A stretch of 63,406 nt of DNA, filler included, from Octopus bimaculoides (taxonomy: Eukaryota), in assembly GCF_001194135.2 (NCBI RefSeq). It is 4 parts of 4 records of this genome, joined end to end, with 100 filler letters (N's around TTAATTAATTAA, not from the genome) between each part and the next. Parts side by side here need not be neighbours in the genome. Positions count along the whole stretch, not along the records: positions 27,499 to 39,257 come from NC_068986.1; positions 39,358 to 52,605 come from NC_069008.1; 2 more parts are not named here. One strand, given 5' to 3'. A model generated the notes under the pieces. That model saw only the letters and a program-made list of their open reading frames with translations. It had not been told where the DNA came from and ran no database searches. Shown here piece by piece: positions 36,678 to 48,879 of this stretch. Position 1 is the stretch's first letter; every line of letters starts with the position of its first letter. The translations under genes were made by a program, and so were the position numbers.

Positions 36678-37188
36678 GTGCTCCAGCATATCTACAGTCA
36701 AATGACTGAAACAAGTAAAAGAATATAAGAAGAAAAGAATATATGTATATGTGTCTTTGTTCTCCTCCCAACCCACTGCTTGACAACCGATGTCGGTGTG
36801 TTTACATCCTCGTAACTTAGTAGTTCAGAAAAAAGAGACCGATAAAATAAATACTAGGCTTACAAAGAATAAGTCCTGGGGTCGAATTCTTCGACTAAAG
36901 GCGGTGCTCCAGCATATCTACAGTCAAATGACTGAAACAAGTAAAAGAATATAAGAAGAAAAGAATATATGTATATGTGTCTTTGTTCTCCTCCCAACCC
37001 ACTGCTTGACAACCGATGCTGGTGTGTTTGCATATCCGTAACTTAGCAGTTCACCAAAAAAGACCAATAAAATAAGTACGAGGCTTAAAAAAAAAAAGAA
37101 ATACTGGGGTCGATTCATTCAACTGAAATTCTTCGAGGAAGTGTCCCAGCATGGCTGCAGTCTAATGACTGAAACAAGTAAAAGATAA
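36678..37188 (+). repeat. Tandem array of SINE-A 3' halves, 226-bp period
   Basis: 36678-36792 is identical to 36904-37018; each unit is a TA tract, body and tail. Confidence 0.85.
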
Positions 37189-37249
37189 ATTGAAGTTAAC
37201 CATAAACATTTCATGCTTATATTTCAAATACCTTCTTAATAGTCCTTTC

Positions 37250-37432
37250 TTGTACAGGCAAAATATATGAAATTTTTTAGGGGAGGAGAAGCCAGTGGAT
37301 TACATCGACTGATACCTGTTTTATCGACCCCGAAGGGTAAAGTCGACAAATTTGAACTCAGAACATAAAGACGGACGAAATGTCGGGAAGCATTGTTGTC
37401 TGGCAAGCAAACGATTCTGCTAGCTCGCCACT
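37250..37432 (-). mobile_element. SINE family B
   Basis: AATTTGAACTCAGAAC...AACGATTCTGCTAGCTCGCC. Confidence 0.75.
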
Positions 37433-37559
37433 TTGAGCATCATCTTAATAATAACAAAGATATTTCGTCAAATTCTAACTTACTTTCAAAATTAATTGAA
37501 ATAACAACAGTGTATGCCAACAAAACAGTAAATAGATATTTCAAATCTAAATACTTCAG

Positions 37560-38330
37560 TCGATAAGGAAAAAAAAGTCGAATCATTTTAAAAGATGATT
37601 GTCAGAAGAGCAAACAAAACAAATAACTTTAAAAGTATATTAAAAGGTTTTTGAAAAGGCTCAAATTGCTTCGTATGAAATATTCGAAATGGCTACACAA
37701 AGAGGGGAAAAAAAATCGAAGTCTCATACTTTGACAGAATCAATTATTTTGCTTGCATGCAGAAAGTTTGTTTGCTTGCATGCAGAAAGATTGTTGAAAG
37801 ACAATGCTAGGAGATCAAATGAGAACATGAAATAAGTAAAATTCCTCACTCAAATAATACAGTACGTAAGCGCATTTTTGAATTGTCTGCTGACATGTAA
37901 GAAAATGTATGTCGTGATAAGCTTCAACATTCTAATTTTGTTTTACTGGCTGATGAGTCAACAAATATTACCAACGAAGCGCAGCTTTTGGCATTCATTC
38001 ATTTCATTGATGGAGATCAAATAGTGAATAATCTTTCTTTCTTTATTTCTTTCTTTCTTTCTTTGCAAAGAAATGTCAGGCACTCCAAGACATTTTTACA
38101 TTTTAAATAACTACCTTGAAAAGGAGGAATTGTCATGTTCTTATTTGTGCCCTTGAAACTTTTTTTCCATGGCCGGGTTCTTCGAAAGGGCTTAAAAGCA
38201 AAATCTGGATGTTATTATGATCCACTGATTTCTATACAGAAAGCCCTGATCGTGAAATCATTGAGAGTGGAAGTTTTGAGCAAATTGCTGAAATGCTTGA
38301 TTTTTTTTTAAAGCAGAACAGCATTTTCAT
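37560..38330 (+). mobile_element. hAT (Buster/Charlie-type, ZBED5-like) transposase fragment
   Basis: EKAQIASY...SHTLTESII...ISKIPHSNNTVRKRIFELSADM...LLADESTNITNEAQLLAFIHFID matches the Buster-type SxxTVxRRI and DESTD motifs; stops and frameshifts. Confidence 0.85.
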
Positions 38331-38355
38331 GAATACATAAATTTCAAATTTCCTT

Positions 38356-38414
<59 letters not shown>

Positions 38415-38451
38415 AACTCTCCCTCTCTCTTTATACTATTAACGAACTGTG

Positions 38452-38665
38452 AGGTGACCTGGCAGAATCGAAGGCGCGTCGGAAAATGTTTAGCGGCGTT
38501 TCTTTCGGCCGTTTTTACGTTCTGAGTTCAAATCCTACCAAGGTCAACTTTGCTTTTCATCCTTTCGTAGTGCATAAAATAAATAATAGTCAAGTAGTGG
38601 GGTTGATTTAATCGACTAATCCGCTTCCCCTGAAAATTGCTGTCTTTGTGTCAAAATTTGAAACA
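38452..38665 (+). mobile_element. SINE family B
   Basis: GACCTGGCAGAATCG...TTCTGAGTTCAAATCC...GGGGTTGATTTAATCGAC. Confidence 0.8.
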
Positions 38666-38863
38666 GTTTATATACCCACTCTTTCTATATAATGAATTAT
38701 GAATTGAATTTAATGTAATGTTTAGTAGACACTAAGTAGTCTGTACTGAAGAGATCTAACGAGGTTGAAATAGCTTTTTGCTAGGATTTTATAGCTTAGG
38801 ATTTTACAAATAAATTTGGAAGAAAAATTAGAAGAAAGAAAATTTAATCAAATAAAGGCGTGG

Positions 38864-39010
38864 CTGTGTGGTAAAAAACTTTTCTTCCCAACAACATGGT
38901 TCCGAGTTCAGGCCCACGGCATGACACCTTGAGCAAGTGACTTCTGCTATAGATTCGGGCCAACCAAAGCCTTGATGGAAACAGAAAGAAGCCCGTCGTA
39001 TGTATGTATG
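38864..39010 (+). mobile_element. SINE family A 5' half
   Basis: AAGGCGTGGCTGTGTGGTAA...GAAGCCCGTCGTA followed by a TA tract. Confidence 0.75.
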
Positions 39011-39257
39011 TATATATATATATATATTCTTTGTTGCATGTCTCATTTCTCTCAATGTTTTTTTTTTGTTTTTCGAAAAAAAGTTCGTTTTCTGTCTTCG
39101 TCTTTATGTTTCCGTTTCTCATTGTGTTTAACGTTTTATGTGATGTCCTGTACCCATATATGCTTGTATGTATACATATAGATGTTGGTATGTGCATATA
39201 TGTATGGATATATACATATAATTATATATTATTTATGTTGTTTATATATATATATAT

Positions 39258-39357
39258 NNNNNNNNNNNNNNNNNNNNNNNNNNNNNNNNNNNNNNNNNNN
39301 NTTAATTAATTAANNNNNNNNNNNNNNNNNNNNNNNNNNNNNNNNNNNNNNNNNNNN
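39258..39357. other. Assembly join placeholder N44-TTAATTAATTAA-N44
   Basis: Same construct as at 27399. Confidence 0.95.
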
Positions 39358-39463
39358 TATTTTATTTTATTTTATTTTATTTTATTTTATTTTATTTTAT
39401 TTTATTTTATTTTATTTTATTTTATTTTATTTTATTTTATTTTATTTTATTTTATTTTATTAT
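39358..39463. repeat. (TTTTA)n pentanucleotide microsatellite
   Basis: Perfect tandem array. Confidence 0.97.
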
Positions 39464-39544
39464 GCCGGCTGTGATGTTGATAGACTTGAACACAACTGAA
39501 TGTTGCTGAGGTTTTGAGGTTTAAAACTAGAAAACAAAAACTTG

Positions 39545-39784
39545 CACCACCACCACTGCTATCACCATCATCACCACTACAGCCACCAGCAGCATCAGCT
39601 CCACCACCATCACCACTACAGCCATGAACAGCAGCAGTTTCACCACCACCACTATCACCACAAGTACCACCTCTGTCACTACCACCACAGCCACCACCAC
39701 CACTGCCAGCATCACCACCACGACCATCACTGCAACCATTACCCCACCACTACCACCACCACCACCACAACCACCACCACCACC
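39545..39784. repeat. (CAC/CAT/CAG)n low-complexity tract
   Basis: Trinucleotide periodicity; the source of spurious poly-His/Thr ORFs. Confidence 0.9.
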
Positions 39785-40233
39785 NNNNNNNNNNNNNNNN
39801 NNNNNNNNNNNNNNNNNNNNNNNNNNNNNNNNNNNNNNNNNNNNNNNNNNNNNNNNNNNNNNNNNNNNNNNNNNNNNNNNNNNNNNNNNNNNNNNNNNNN
39901 NNNNNNNNNNNNNNNNNNNNNNNNNNNNNNNNNNNNNNNNNNNNNNNNNNNNNNNNNNNNNNNNNNNNNNNNNNNNNNNNNNNNNNNNNNNNNNNNNNNN
40001 NNNNNNNNNNNNNNNNNNNNNNNNNNNNNNNNNNNNNNNNNNNNNNNNNNNNNNNNNNNNNNNNNNNNNNNNNNNNNNNNNNNNNNNNNNNNNNNNNNNN
40101 NNNNNNNNNNNNNNNNNNNNNNNNNNNNNNNNNNNNNNNNNATATATACATACATACATATATACTGTAAACAAAATAAAAGTGCCTGGTGTTCCATTAA
40201 ATAAGTTAAAAAACAAATGCACAAATTTGCATG

Positions 40234-40270
<37 letters not shown>

Positions 40271-40273
<3 letters not shown>

Positions 40274-40435
40274 GAGGTGCAATGGCCCAGTAGTTAAGGC
40301 AGTAGACTCGCAGTTGTAGGAACGTGGTTTCGATTCCGGGATGGGGGCACTGTGAGTGTTTATTGAGCAAAAACACCCTAAAGCTCCACAAGGCTCCAGC
40401 AGGGGGTGGTGGTGAACCCTGCTGTACTGTAGTGA
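40271..40435 (+). mobile_element. SINE family D 5' part
   Basis: GTGGAGGTGCAATGGCCCAGTAGTTAAGG...GGTTTCGATTCCGGG; matches the 21657-22050 copy. Confidence 0.8.
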
Positions 40436-41394
40436 AGAGAAATATGCACATTGATGGGTATGCATCCATGAATTAAAACACATACTAAGATTAAAGTTGA
40501 TCAACTTCGATCTTACTAAATATGTACACATAACCAACATTGATCTTAGTATATAAAAATTAACAATCCCTGATAAATTAAATTGAATTTAGCCCTGTAA
40601 ATTTGGAATTTTTTCCCTAATATTATATATATATATATATATNNNNNNNNNNNNNNNNNNNNNNNNNNNNNNNNNNNNNNNNNNNNNNNNNNNNNNNNNN
40701 NNNNNNNNNNNNNNNNNNNNNNNNNNNNNNNNNNNNNNNNNNNNNNNNNNNNNNNNNNNNNNNNNNNNNNNNNNNNNNNNNNNNNNNNNNNNNNNNNNNN
40801 NNNNNNNNNNNNNNNNNNNNNNNNNNNNNNNNNNNNNNNNNNNNNNNNNNNNNNNNNNNNNNNNNNNNNNNNNNNNNNNNNTATTAATAAAAGTGAAATT
40901 CAGGGACTCCTATATCTCCTACATTTGCTCCACATAGACATGTTTTACCTTTTTGGAATCGAGATGATCCCAGGAATGATAATTTGCCCTTCATTTGGTT
41001 CTTGAAAAGCATTTGGGTTGCTATTTCTAGCAGGTAAGGCTTGGCTAATTCACACCATCTTGGTTGGTGTTTGTCAGATGACGTCAGAGGTCAAGCGGGG
41101 AGAGAAAGGACATTTGCCTCGTTAATTTTATGTTGAGATAGGAACTTTGGGACAAACTGGCCAACAGTTGGAATTCAACTTGGGACTGGAACAACAGAAT
41201 GATTGCATTACAGAATTAATTCTCATCCATCCTTAATCTCTGATCAAACACCACCAGGGCAATATAGTCATTATAGACGTATTATCGTCATGATATTTAG
41301 CTCTCTTTAGTTTTGGGCCACAAGGCTAGTTATCCCACCACAAGAGCTAGCTTAAAGGTCCACACAGAGTGTGGCTTTTAAACTAGTTTTAAGC

Positions 41395-41570
41395 AATACA
41401 TTATATCGACCCATTACGCTCTTGGAGTGGTTGACATTAGGAAGGGCATCCAGCCATAAAAACCATGCCAAATCAGACTGGAGTCTGGTGCAGCCTTCTA
41501 CCTTGCCAGCCTTGGTCAAATCATCCAACTCATGCCAGCATGGACAACAGATGTTAAATGGTGATGATGA
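41395..41570 (+). mobile_element. Interspersed repeat family C (AGGAAGGGCATCC motif, (GAT)n tail)
   Basis: GGTTGACATTAGGAAGGGCATCCAGCC...CATGCCAGCATGGACAACAGATGTTAAATG-(GAT)n; inverted copy at 44250-44850. Confidence 0.75.
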
Positions 41571-41919
41571 CAATGATAATTATAATGATAATACATTAAT
41601 GACACAAGTTACAAGTAAAGAACAGTTATTTGTTAGTTTTACGTCTGTTTTTCCATGTTTGCATTGGTTAGATGAATACTTTATGTGAGATATTGTTTTG
41701 CAGCTGGATGCACTTCTTGGTGCTAATTCTTACTGGTTTTCCAAATATGGAATCTCTTGTTCCACATGGTTTTAAAGAGAAGTGGAGTAAATGAGTTAGG
41801 GGTCCAGATATAGAGAATCAAGGGCCCAAATTTAAATAATAGAGAATAGGTTTCCTGAATTGCTGTTTCTGACCATTTCGACCTCTTCAGAATGTATTAG
41901 TACTGAGGAAATAACAACA

Positions 41920-43628
41920 CACCACCATCACAAACACCAGACACCAACAACACTACCATCACCACCACCATTGCTACCAATAGCACCATCACCACCACCA
42001 CCACCACTTCCAGCACCATCACCATCACAACCACTATCACACTACCATAACCACCATCACTACCACCACCACCACCATTGCCACCACCAGCACCATCACA
42101 ACCACTACCACTAGTATACCACCAATAATACACTGTTGCCAATACCACCACCACAACCTGCACCACCACCATCAACAACACTTACCACTGACACCTCAAA
42201 CACCATACCACTACCACTTTACCATCAGCATCATCACCACAACCACCATCACCACAGCCACCACCGCCACCACCACAATCACCATCATCACCACAATAAG
42301 CACCACCATCACCACTCTACCACCACCACTACATCAACCACCCCTCCCCCTCCCCCAGTGCAATGAATAGCTGCAATTAACAGCTACAAATATGTGCAGT
42401 GGTGCAGTAAATTACATCTCCACCCACGCACACCCTCACCACCCTCCCTCTTTACGCGATGTGTAAACGTTGCCATAGAAACGGTCTTGCCACAATTCAG
42501 ACAGTAAAATCAGCTTTTGGTAATATTTGATTGGTTAGGAGGTGGGGAGAGGTGGGGGGAGGTGGCAGCGGTGGTGGTAGTAGTGGTCATGGCAGTGGTG
42601 GCGGTAGCGGTGGTGCAGGCGGTAGTAGTAACTGTGGTGCTGCTGTTGTTGTTGTTGTTGGTGGTGATGGTGGTAGTGGTGGTTGTGGTGTTGGTGGTAG
42701 CAGTGGTGATGATGGTAGTGATGGTTATGGTGTTGGTGTAGATGGTAGTAGTGGTGGTGGTGGCAGTGGTGATGGTAGTAGTGGTTGCGGTGTAGGTGGT
42801 AGTGGTGCCGTTGGTGGAGATGATGGTAGAGGTAATGGTGGTGGCGGTGGTGATGGTGGTTGTGGTGTTGGTGGAGACGATGTAGTGGTAATAGTGGTGG
42901 TGGTAGTGGTTGTAGTGTAGGTGGTAGTGGTGATAGTGTTGGTGGAGAGGATGGTAGTGGTGGTTGTGGTGTAGGTGGTAGTGGTTGTGGTTGGTGTAGG
43001 TGGTAGTGGTGATGGTGTTGGTGGAGAGGATCGTAGTGGTGGGNNNNNNNNNNNNNNNNNNNNNNNNNNNNNNNNNNNNNNNNNNNNNNNNNNNNNNNNN
43101 NNNNNNNNNNNNNNNNNNNNNNNNNNNNNNNNNNNNNNNNNNNNNNNNNNNNNNNNNNNNNNNNNNNNNNNNNNNNNNNNNNNNNNNNNNNNNNNNNNNN
43201 NNNNNNNNNNNNNNNNNNNNNNNNNNNNNNNNNNNNNNNNNNNNNNNNNNNNNNNNNNNNNNNNNNNNNNNNNNNNNNNNNNNNNNNNNNNNNNNNNNNN
43301 NNNNNNNNNNNNNNNNNNNNNNNNNNNNNNNNNNNNNNNNNNNNNNNNNNNNNNNNNNNNNNNNNNNNNNNNNNNNNNNNNNNNNNNNNNNNNNNNNNNN
43401 NNNNNNNNNNNNNNNNNNNNNNNNNNNNNNNNNNNNNNNNNNNNNNNNNNNNNNNNNNNNNNNNNNNNNNNNNNNNNNNNNNNNNNNNNNNNNNNNNNNN
43501 NNNNNNNNNNNNNNNNNNNAGTGTTGGTGGAGAGGATGGTAGTGGTGGTTGTGGTGTAGGTGGTAGTGGTTGTGGTTGGTGTAGGTGGTAGTGGTGATGG
43601 TGTTGGTGGAGAGGATCGTAGTGGTGGG
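41920..43628. repeat. CAC-rich tract (41920-42360) and GGT-rich tract (42540-43628) in inverted orientation around a ~180-bp unique spacer
   Basis: Complementary trinucleotide compositions on either side of the spacer. Confidence 0.88.
42469..42482. promoter_or_regulatory. RFX X-box-like motif
   Basis: GTTGCCATAGAAAC is one base from GTTGCCATGGAAAC or GTTGCCATAGCAAC. It directly abuts TGTAAAC (forkhead-like), and ATTGG (reverse CCAAT) lies about 50 bp downstream. Confidence 0.4.
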
Positions 43629-44019
43629 GGTAATAGCGGTGTAGATTGTAATGTTCGTGGTGTTCTTATAAGAATCGGTGATGGTGGAGGTGGTTTTCGT
43701 AGATGACTGCTGGGGCAATGCTTTGAGGGGTTTCCTCACACAAAGTGTCCCCAGTACATATTCACATTTTTCGTAAAGCCCGGTACGTATTCAATCAGTC
43801 TCCGTTTGCCGAGCCTCTCAGTAGCATTTCTTTACGTTCTGAGTTCAAATGATACCAAAGTGGTGCCCCAGCATGACCACAGTTTAACAGCTGAAACAAC
43901 CAAAAGGTAAAAAAGATAAAGATATAAGCCAATGAGCAAGACCCTTAAATCTGTGGTTCTCAGCCAGGGTCCGTATGATCCCTAGGGATCTTTATAAGAT
44001 TTTCAAGGGTCCACACATA

Positions 44020-45021
44020 CTCCTTTACTCTTTTACTCTTTTACTTGTTTCAGTCATTTGACTGCGGCCATGCTGGAGCACCGCCTTTAGTCGAGCAAAT
44101 CGACCCCAGGACTTATTCATTGTAAGCCTAGTACTTATTCTATCAGACTCTCTTTTGCCGAACCGCTAAGTTATGGGGACGTAAACACACCAGCATCGGT
44201 TGTCAAGCAATGCTAGGAGGACAAACACAAATACACACACACACATATCATCATCATCATCATCATCATCGTTTAACGTCCACTTTCCATGCTAGCATGG
44301 GTTGGACGATTTGACTGAGGACTGGTGAAACCGGATGGNNNNNNNNNNNNNNNNNNNNNNNNNNNNNNNNNNNNNNNNNNNNNNNNNNNNNNNNNNNNNN
44401 NNNNNNNNNNNNNNNNNNNNNNNNNNNNNNNNNNNNNNNNNNNNNNNNNNNNNNNNNNNNNNNNNNNNNNNNNNNNNNNNNNNNNNNNNNNNNNNNNNNN
44501 NNNNNNNNNNNNNNNNNNNNNNNNNNNNNNNNNNNNNNNNNNNNNNNNNNNNNNNNNNNNNNNNNNNNNNNNNNNNNNNNNNNNNNNNNNNNNNNNNNNN
44601 NNNNNNNNNNNNNNNNNNNNNNNNNNNNNNNNNNNNNNNNNNNNNNNNNNNNNNNNNNNNNNNNNNNNNNNNACAGCCGGATGCCCTTCCTAACGCCAAC
44701 CACTCAGAGAGTGTAGTGGGTGCTTTTACGTGTCACCCGCACGAAAACGGCCACGCTCGAAATGGTGTCTTTTATGTGCCACCCGCACAAGAGCCAGTCC
44801 AGGGGCACTGGCAACGATCTCGCTCGAAAACCCTACAAAGGCCAGTCAGATATATACATATATACGACAGGCTTCTTTCAGTTTCCATCTACCAAATTCA
44901 CTTACAAGGCTTTGGTCGGCCCGAGGCAATCGTAGAAGACACTTGCCCAAGGTGCCACGCAGTGGGACTGAACCCGGAACCATGTGGTTGGTAAGCAAGC
45001 TACTTACCACACAGCCACTCC
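44020..45021 (-). mobile_element. SINE family A interrupted by a family C insertion (44250-44850)
   Basis: SINE-A tail and body at 44020-44245, family C with (CAT)n, then the SINE-A 5' half at 44851-45021. Confidence 0.85.
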
Positions 45022-45094
45022 AAAATAATTTTTAATGAAATGATGTGAAAGGCCCAGTTTAAATCATGAGACCCTTATTGTGACTATATATATT

Positions 45095-45660
45095 CTTTTA
45101 CTGGTTCCAGTTATTTGACTGTGGTCATGCTGGAGCTCCGCCATTAGTCAATCTAATCAACCCTAGGACTTATTCTCTATAAGCGAAGTACTTAACCTAT
45201 TGGTCTCTATTGCCCAACCGCTAAGTTGCGGGGACATAAGCACACTAACATCAGTCGTCAAGTGATGGTGGGGGGGACAAACACAGACATACAAATACAT
45301 ACATACATACCTACGTACGTATGTATGTATTTGGTCCCTTCTGCTGAACTGCTAAGTTTCGGGGATGTAAACACATCAACATCAGTTGTCAAGCGATTGT
45401 GCCGGAGGGGAGGGGGGCACAAACACAGACACAAAGACACTCACACACATATATATGACAGGCTTCTTTCAGTTTCCATCTACCAAATCCACTCACAAGG
45501 CTTTGGTCAGCCTAAGACTATAGCAGAAGACACTTGCCCAAGTGCCGCCCAGTGAGACTGAACCCGGAACCATGTGGTTGGTAAGCAAGCTTCTTATGAT
45601 ACAGCCATACCTGCACCCCCACCACACACATATATATACGACGGGATTCTTTCAGTTTCC
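45095..45660 (-). mobile_element. Stack of partial SINE-A copies
   Basis: 3' half (45095-45300), a second body plus head (45330-45615), and a third starting at 45625 and running into the gap. Confidence 0.8.
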
Positions 45661-46908
45661 NNNNNNNNNNNNNNNNNNNNNNNNNNNNNNNNNNNNNNNN
45701 NNNNNNNNNNNNNNNNNNNNNNNNNNNNNNNNNNNNNNNNNNNNNNNNNNNNNNNNNNNNNNNNNNNNNNNNNNNNNNNNNNNNNNNNNNNNNNNNNNNN
45801 NNNNNNNNNNNNNNNNNNNNNNNNNNNNNNNNNNNNNNNNNNNNNNNNNNNNNNNNNNNNNNNNNNNNNNNNNNNNNNNNNNNNNNNNNNNNNNNNNNNN
45901 NNNNNNNNNNNNNNNNNNNNNNNNNNNNNNNNNNNNNNNNNNNNNNNNNNNNNNNNNNNNNNNNNNNNNNNNNNNNNNNNNNNNNNNNNNNNNNNNNNNN
46001 NNNNNNNNNNNNNNNNNNNNNNNNNNNNNNNNNNNNNNNNNNNNNNNNNNNNNNNNNNNNNNNNNNNNNNNNNNNNNNNNNNNNNNNNNNNNNNNNNNNN
46101 NNNNNNNNNNNNNNNNNNNNNNNNNNNNNNNNNNNNNNNNNNNNNNNNNNNNNNNNNNNNNNNNNNNNNNNNNNNNNNNNNNNNNNNNNNNNNNNNNNNN
46201 NNNNNNNNNNNNNNNNNNNNNNNNNNNNNNNNNNNNNNNNNNNNNNNNNNNNNNNNNNNNNNNNNNNNNNNNNNNNNNNNNNNNNNNNNNNNNNNNNNNN
46301 NNNNNNNNNNNNNNNNNNNNNNNNNNNNNNNNNNNNNNNNNNNNNNNNNNNNNNNNNGGGGTTAGTTGGGATGGGGAGGGGAGACAAATTTAATTTTTTT
46401 TTTCTGTGGTTTTTTTTTTTTGTTTGTTTCTGAAATGGTCTTTCTTTTTCTTTTCTTTTTTTTAAGCAATTTATTTTGAAAAAAAAAACAAATAAAAAAT
46501 TAAAAAAACTTCAAAGTAGATTTATTAAAAAGTGGAATGTATGTGTGTATGTACATGTTGCTCTGTGTATATATACACACATATATATGTCTACATATCT
46601 ATCTATCTATATATATATACTTACATATTCACATACATACATACATATATATACACACAATATATACATATCTATACATACATATATGCATATATATTTA
46701 CATATATATATACATATACATATATAAAGGGAAATTGGTATGTATGTATGTATATATTTATATATATATGTACACACTTATATGTATGTGTGTATAGAAG
46801 TCTAGGTGTGTATGTACGTCCGTATGTGCATGTATATTAATAAATAATAACAATATAATTACCATCTATACCCAAATATTTGTGAGTATATGTGTATGTA
46901 TGCACGTG

Positions 46909-46976
<68 letters not shown>

Positions 46977-47013
46977 CATACACACACACATATATACACA
47001 CACACACACACAG

Positions 47014-47049
<36 letters not shown>

Positions 47050-47339
47050 ATATAGATACATATATATATACACGTATACATACAAATATATAGACACAGA
47101 CTATATGTTTACATATATATATATATATATATACTATAAATGTGCAGATGTACACTTATACACACACACACAGATATCTATGTAATGTGTGTGTGTGTGT
47201 GTGTGTGTGTCTTTATACAATGTAATTGCAAGGAATACAACACACCAGATGGTGCGTTAAATTAAGTTTAATATAATGTAAACATACTGAAAGATATTAT
47301 AGCTTCACTGTGGTAACTGGAGGACAGTGGCAGATGGCG

Positions 47340-47350
47340 GGGGTGAGTAA

Positions 47351-47387
<37 letters not shown>

Positions 47388-48144
47388 GCGAGGGAGAGAG
47401 AGAGAGGAGAGACAGAGACAGAAAGAGAGAAAGTGAGAGAAGACAGAGACAAGGAGAGATAATGAGAGACAAAAAGAGAGAGAGAGTGAGAATGTAGGTG
47501 AATTAATGCAGGGAGGATGGATAAGTAGAAGGGTGACAGAGAGAGAGAGGGACAAAGGGAAAGACGACGAGAAATGGAGAGAGAGAGAGACAGACAGAGA
47601 TAGTTGAGAGACAGACATAGAGAGAGACACACGTATAGAGAGAGAGAAACAGACAGACAAAGGGAAAGAAGAGGAGAAATGGAGAGAGACAGACATAGAG
47701 TGAGACAGAGAGAGACAGATAGACAAAGACATAGAGGGAGACAGGCAGACAAAGAGAGAGAGAGAGAGAGACACAGACAGACAGACAGAGACATAAAGAG
47801 AGAGAGAGAAAGACAGACAGACAGAAAGAGACAGGGAGACAGATAGAGAGAGACAGAGAGAGAGGCAGATAAAGTTAGAGACAGAGAGAAAGAGACAGAC
47901 AAAGGGAAAGTAGAGGAGAAATGGAAAGAAAGAGAGAAATAAATTAAGAGATAGATAGATATGTTTTGTTATTGGCCACACAGGGCTGAACAGAGAGGGG
48001 GGCAAAATACAAAGTAAAGCTTTTCTTTTTGGGAAGAGAAAAAAAAGACTGATAGATAGATAGATAGATGGATAGACAAAAAGCTAGATAGATAGATAGA
48101 TCGACAGATGGACTGATAGATAGATAGATAGATAGATAGATAGG

Positions 48145-48190
<46 letters not shown>

Positions 48191-48534
48191 CATTTCTTTT
48201 ATTAGCCACACAGGGCTCAACGAAGATGGGACAAATACAATGTAGAGCTTTTCTTTTTGGGAGGGGGAAGGAAGGAAGAAAAAAAAACAAAAGTGGTGGT
48301 GTCGATCAAAAGGGATCGTAGGAAGGGAAAAAGGGGGAGTTCGATCAAAAGGGATTGGAAAAAAAAAAAAGGAAAGGCCGATCAATAGGGATCATAGATA
48401 GATAGATAGATAGGTAGAGAGATAGATAGATAGATAGATAGATAGATAGGGGGACAGACAGAGAATGAGGAGACTTAACAGGGAGAGAGAGAGAATGAGA
48501 GTAGAGATGGTCAGAGAGAGAGAGAGAGTAGAGG

Positions 48535-48590
<56 letters not shown>
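47340..48590. repeat. GA-rich and (GATA)n tracts with two copies of a short retroelement-like 3' end
   Basis: TTATT(A/G)GCCACACAGGGCT...TACAA(A/T)GTA(A/G)AGCTTTTCTTTTTGGGA at about 47968 and 48199, each abutting (GATA)n. Confidence 0.75.
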
Positions 48591-48879
48591 TGACGGTCGT
48601 TACATTTGCGTACATATATACACACATATATACAGCAATCCCTTGCCATATTGTGGTTCACCTGTCGCAGTTTATTAATTAAGCTTCCGTCGATTCCTCC
48701 GTGGTGTTGTTTTGCATTTAGAATGAAATAAATATATACAAAATTATAAAAATAATTAAAAAAAACAATTATACAGCTTAGTATTGTTTCTACTTCATGG
48801 ATTTTCCCCTATCATGGAACTTGGAACTTGACACCTGCTATAGTTGAGGGATTACTGAACATAATATGGATACATGTTT

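Noticed and set aside
38746-38790. CTGAAGA-GATCT(AACG)AGGTT-GAAA
   Set aside because: No valid NUH site or stem I partner.
40893-41033. Open frame ending at CAG|GTAAGG (TPISPTFAPHRHVLPFWNRDDPRND...)
   Set aside because: Poor acceptor, and phase and sequence fit neither TRPC nor IFT172; the nearby TGACGTCA (CRE) alone is too short to call.
39527-43739. Poly-His, Thr, Gly or Val ORFs suggesting His-rich or Gly-rich structural proteins
   Set aside because: They derive from CAC/GGT trinucleotide tracts, are open in several frames on both strands, and have no splice or start context.
47299-47345. 40-nt micro-exon candidate ending GGG|GTGAGT
   Set aside because: Weak acceptor and no homology; expected by chance.
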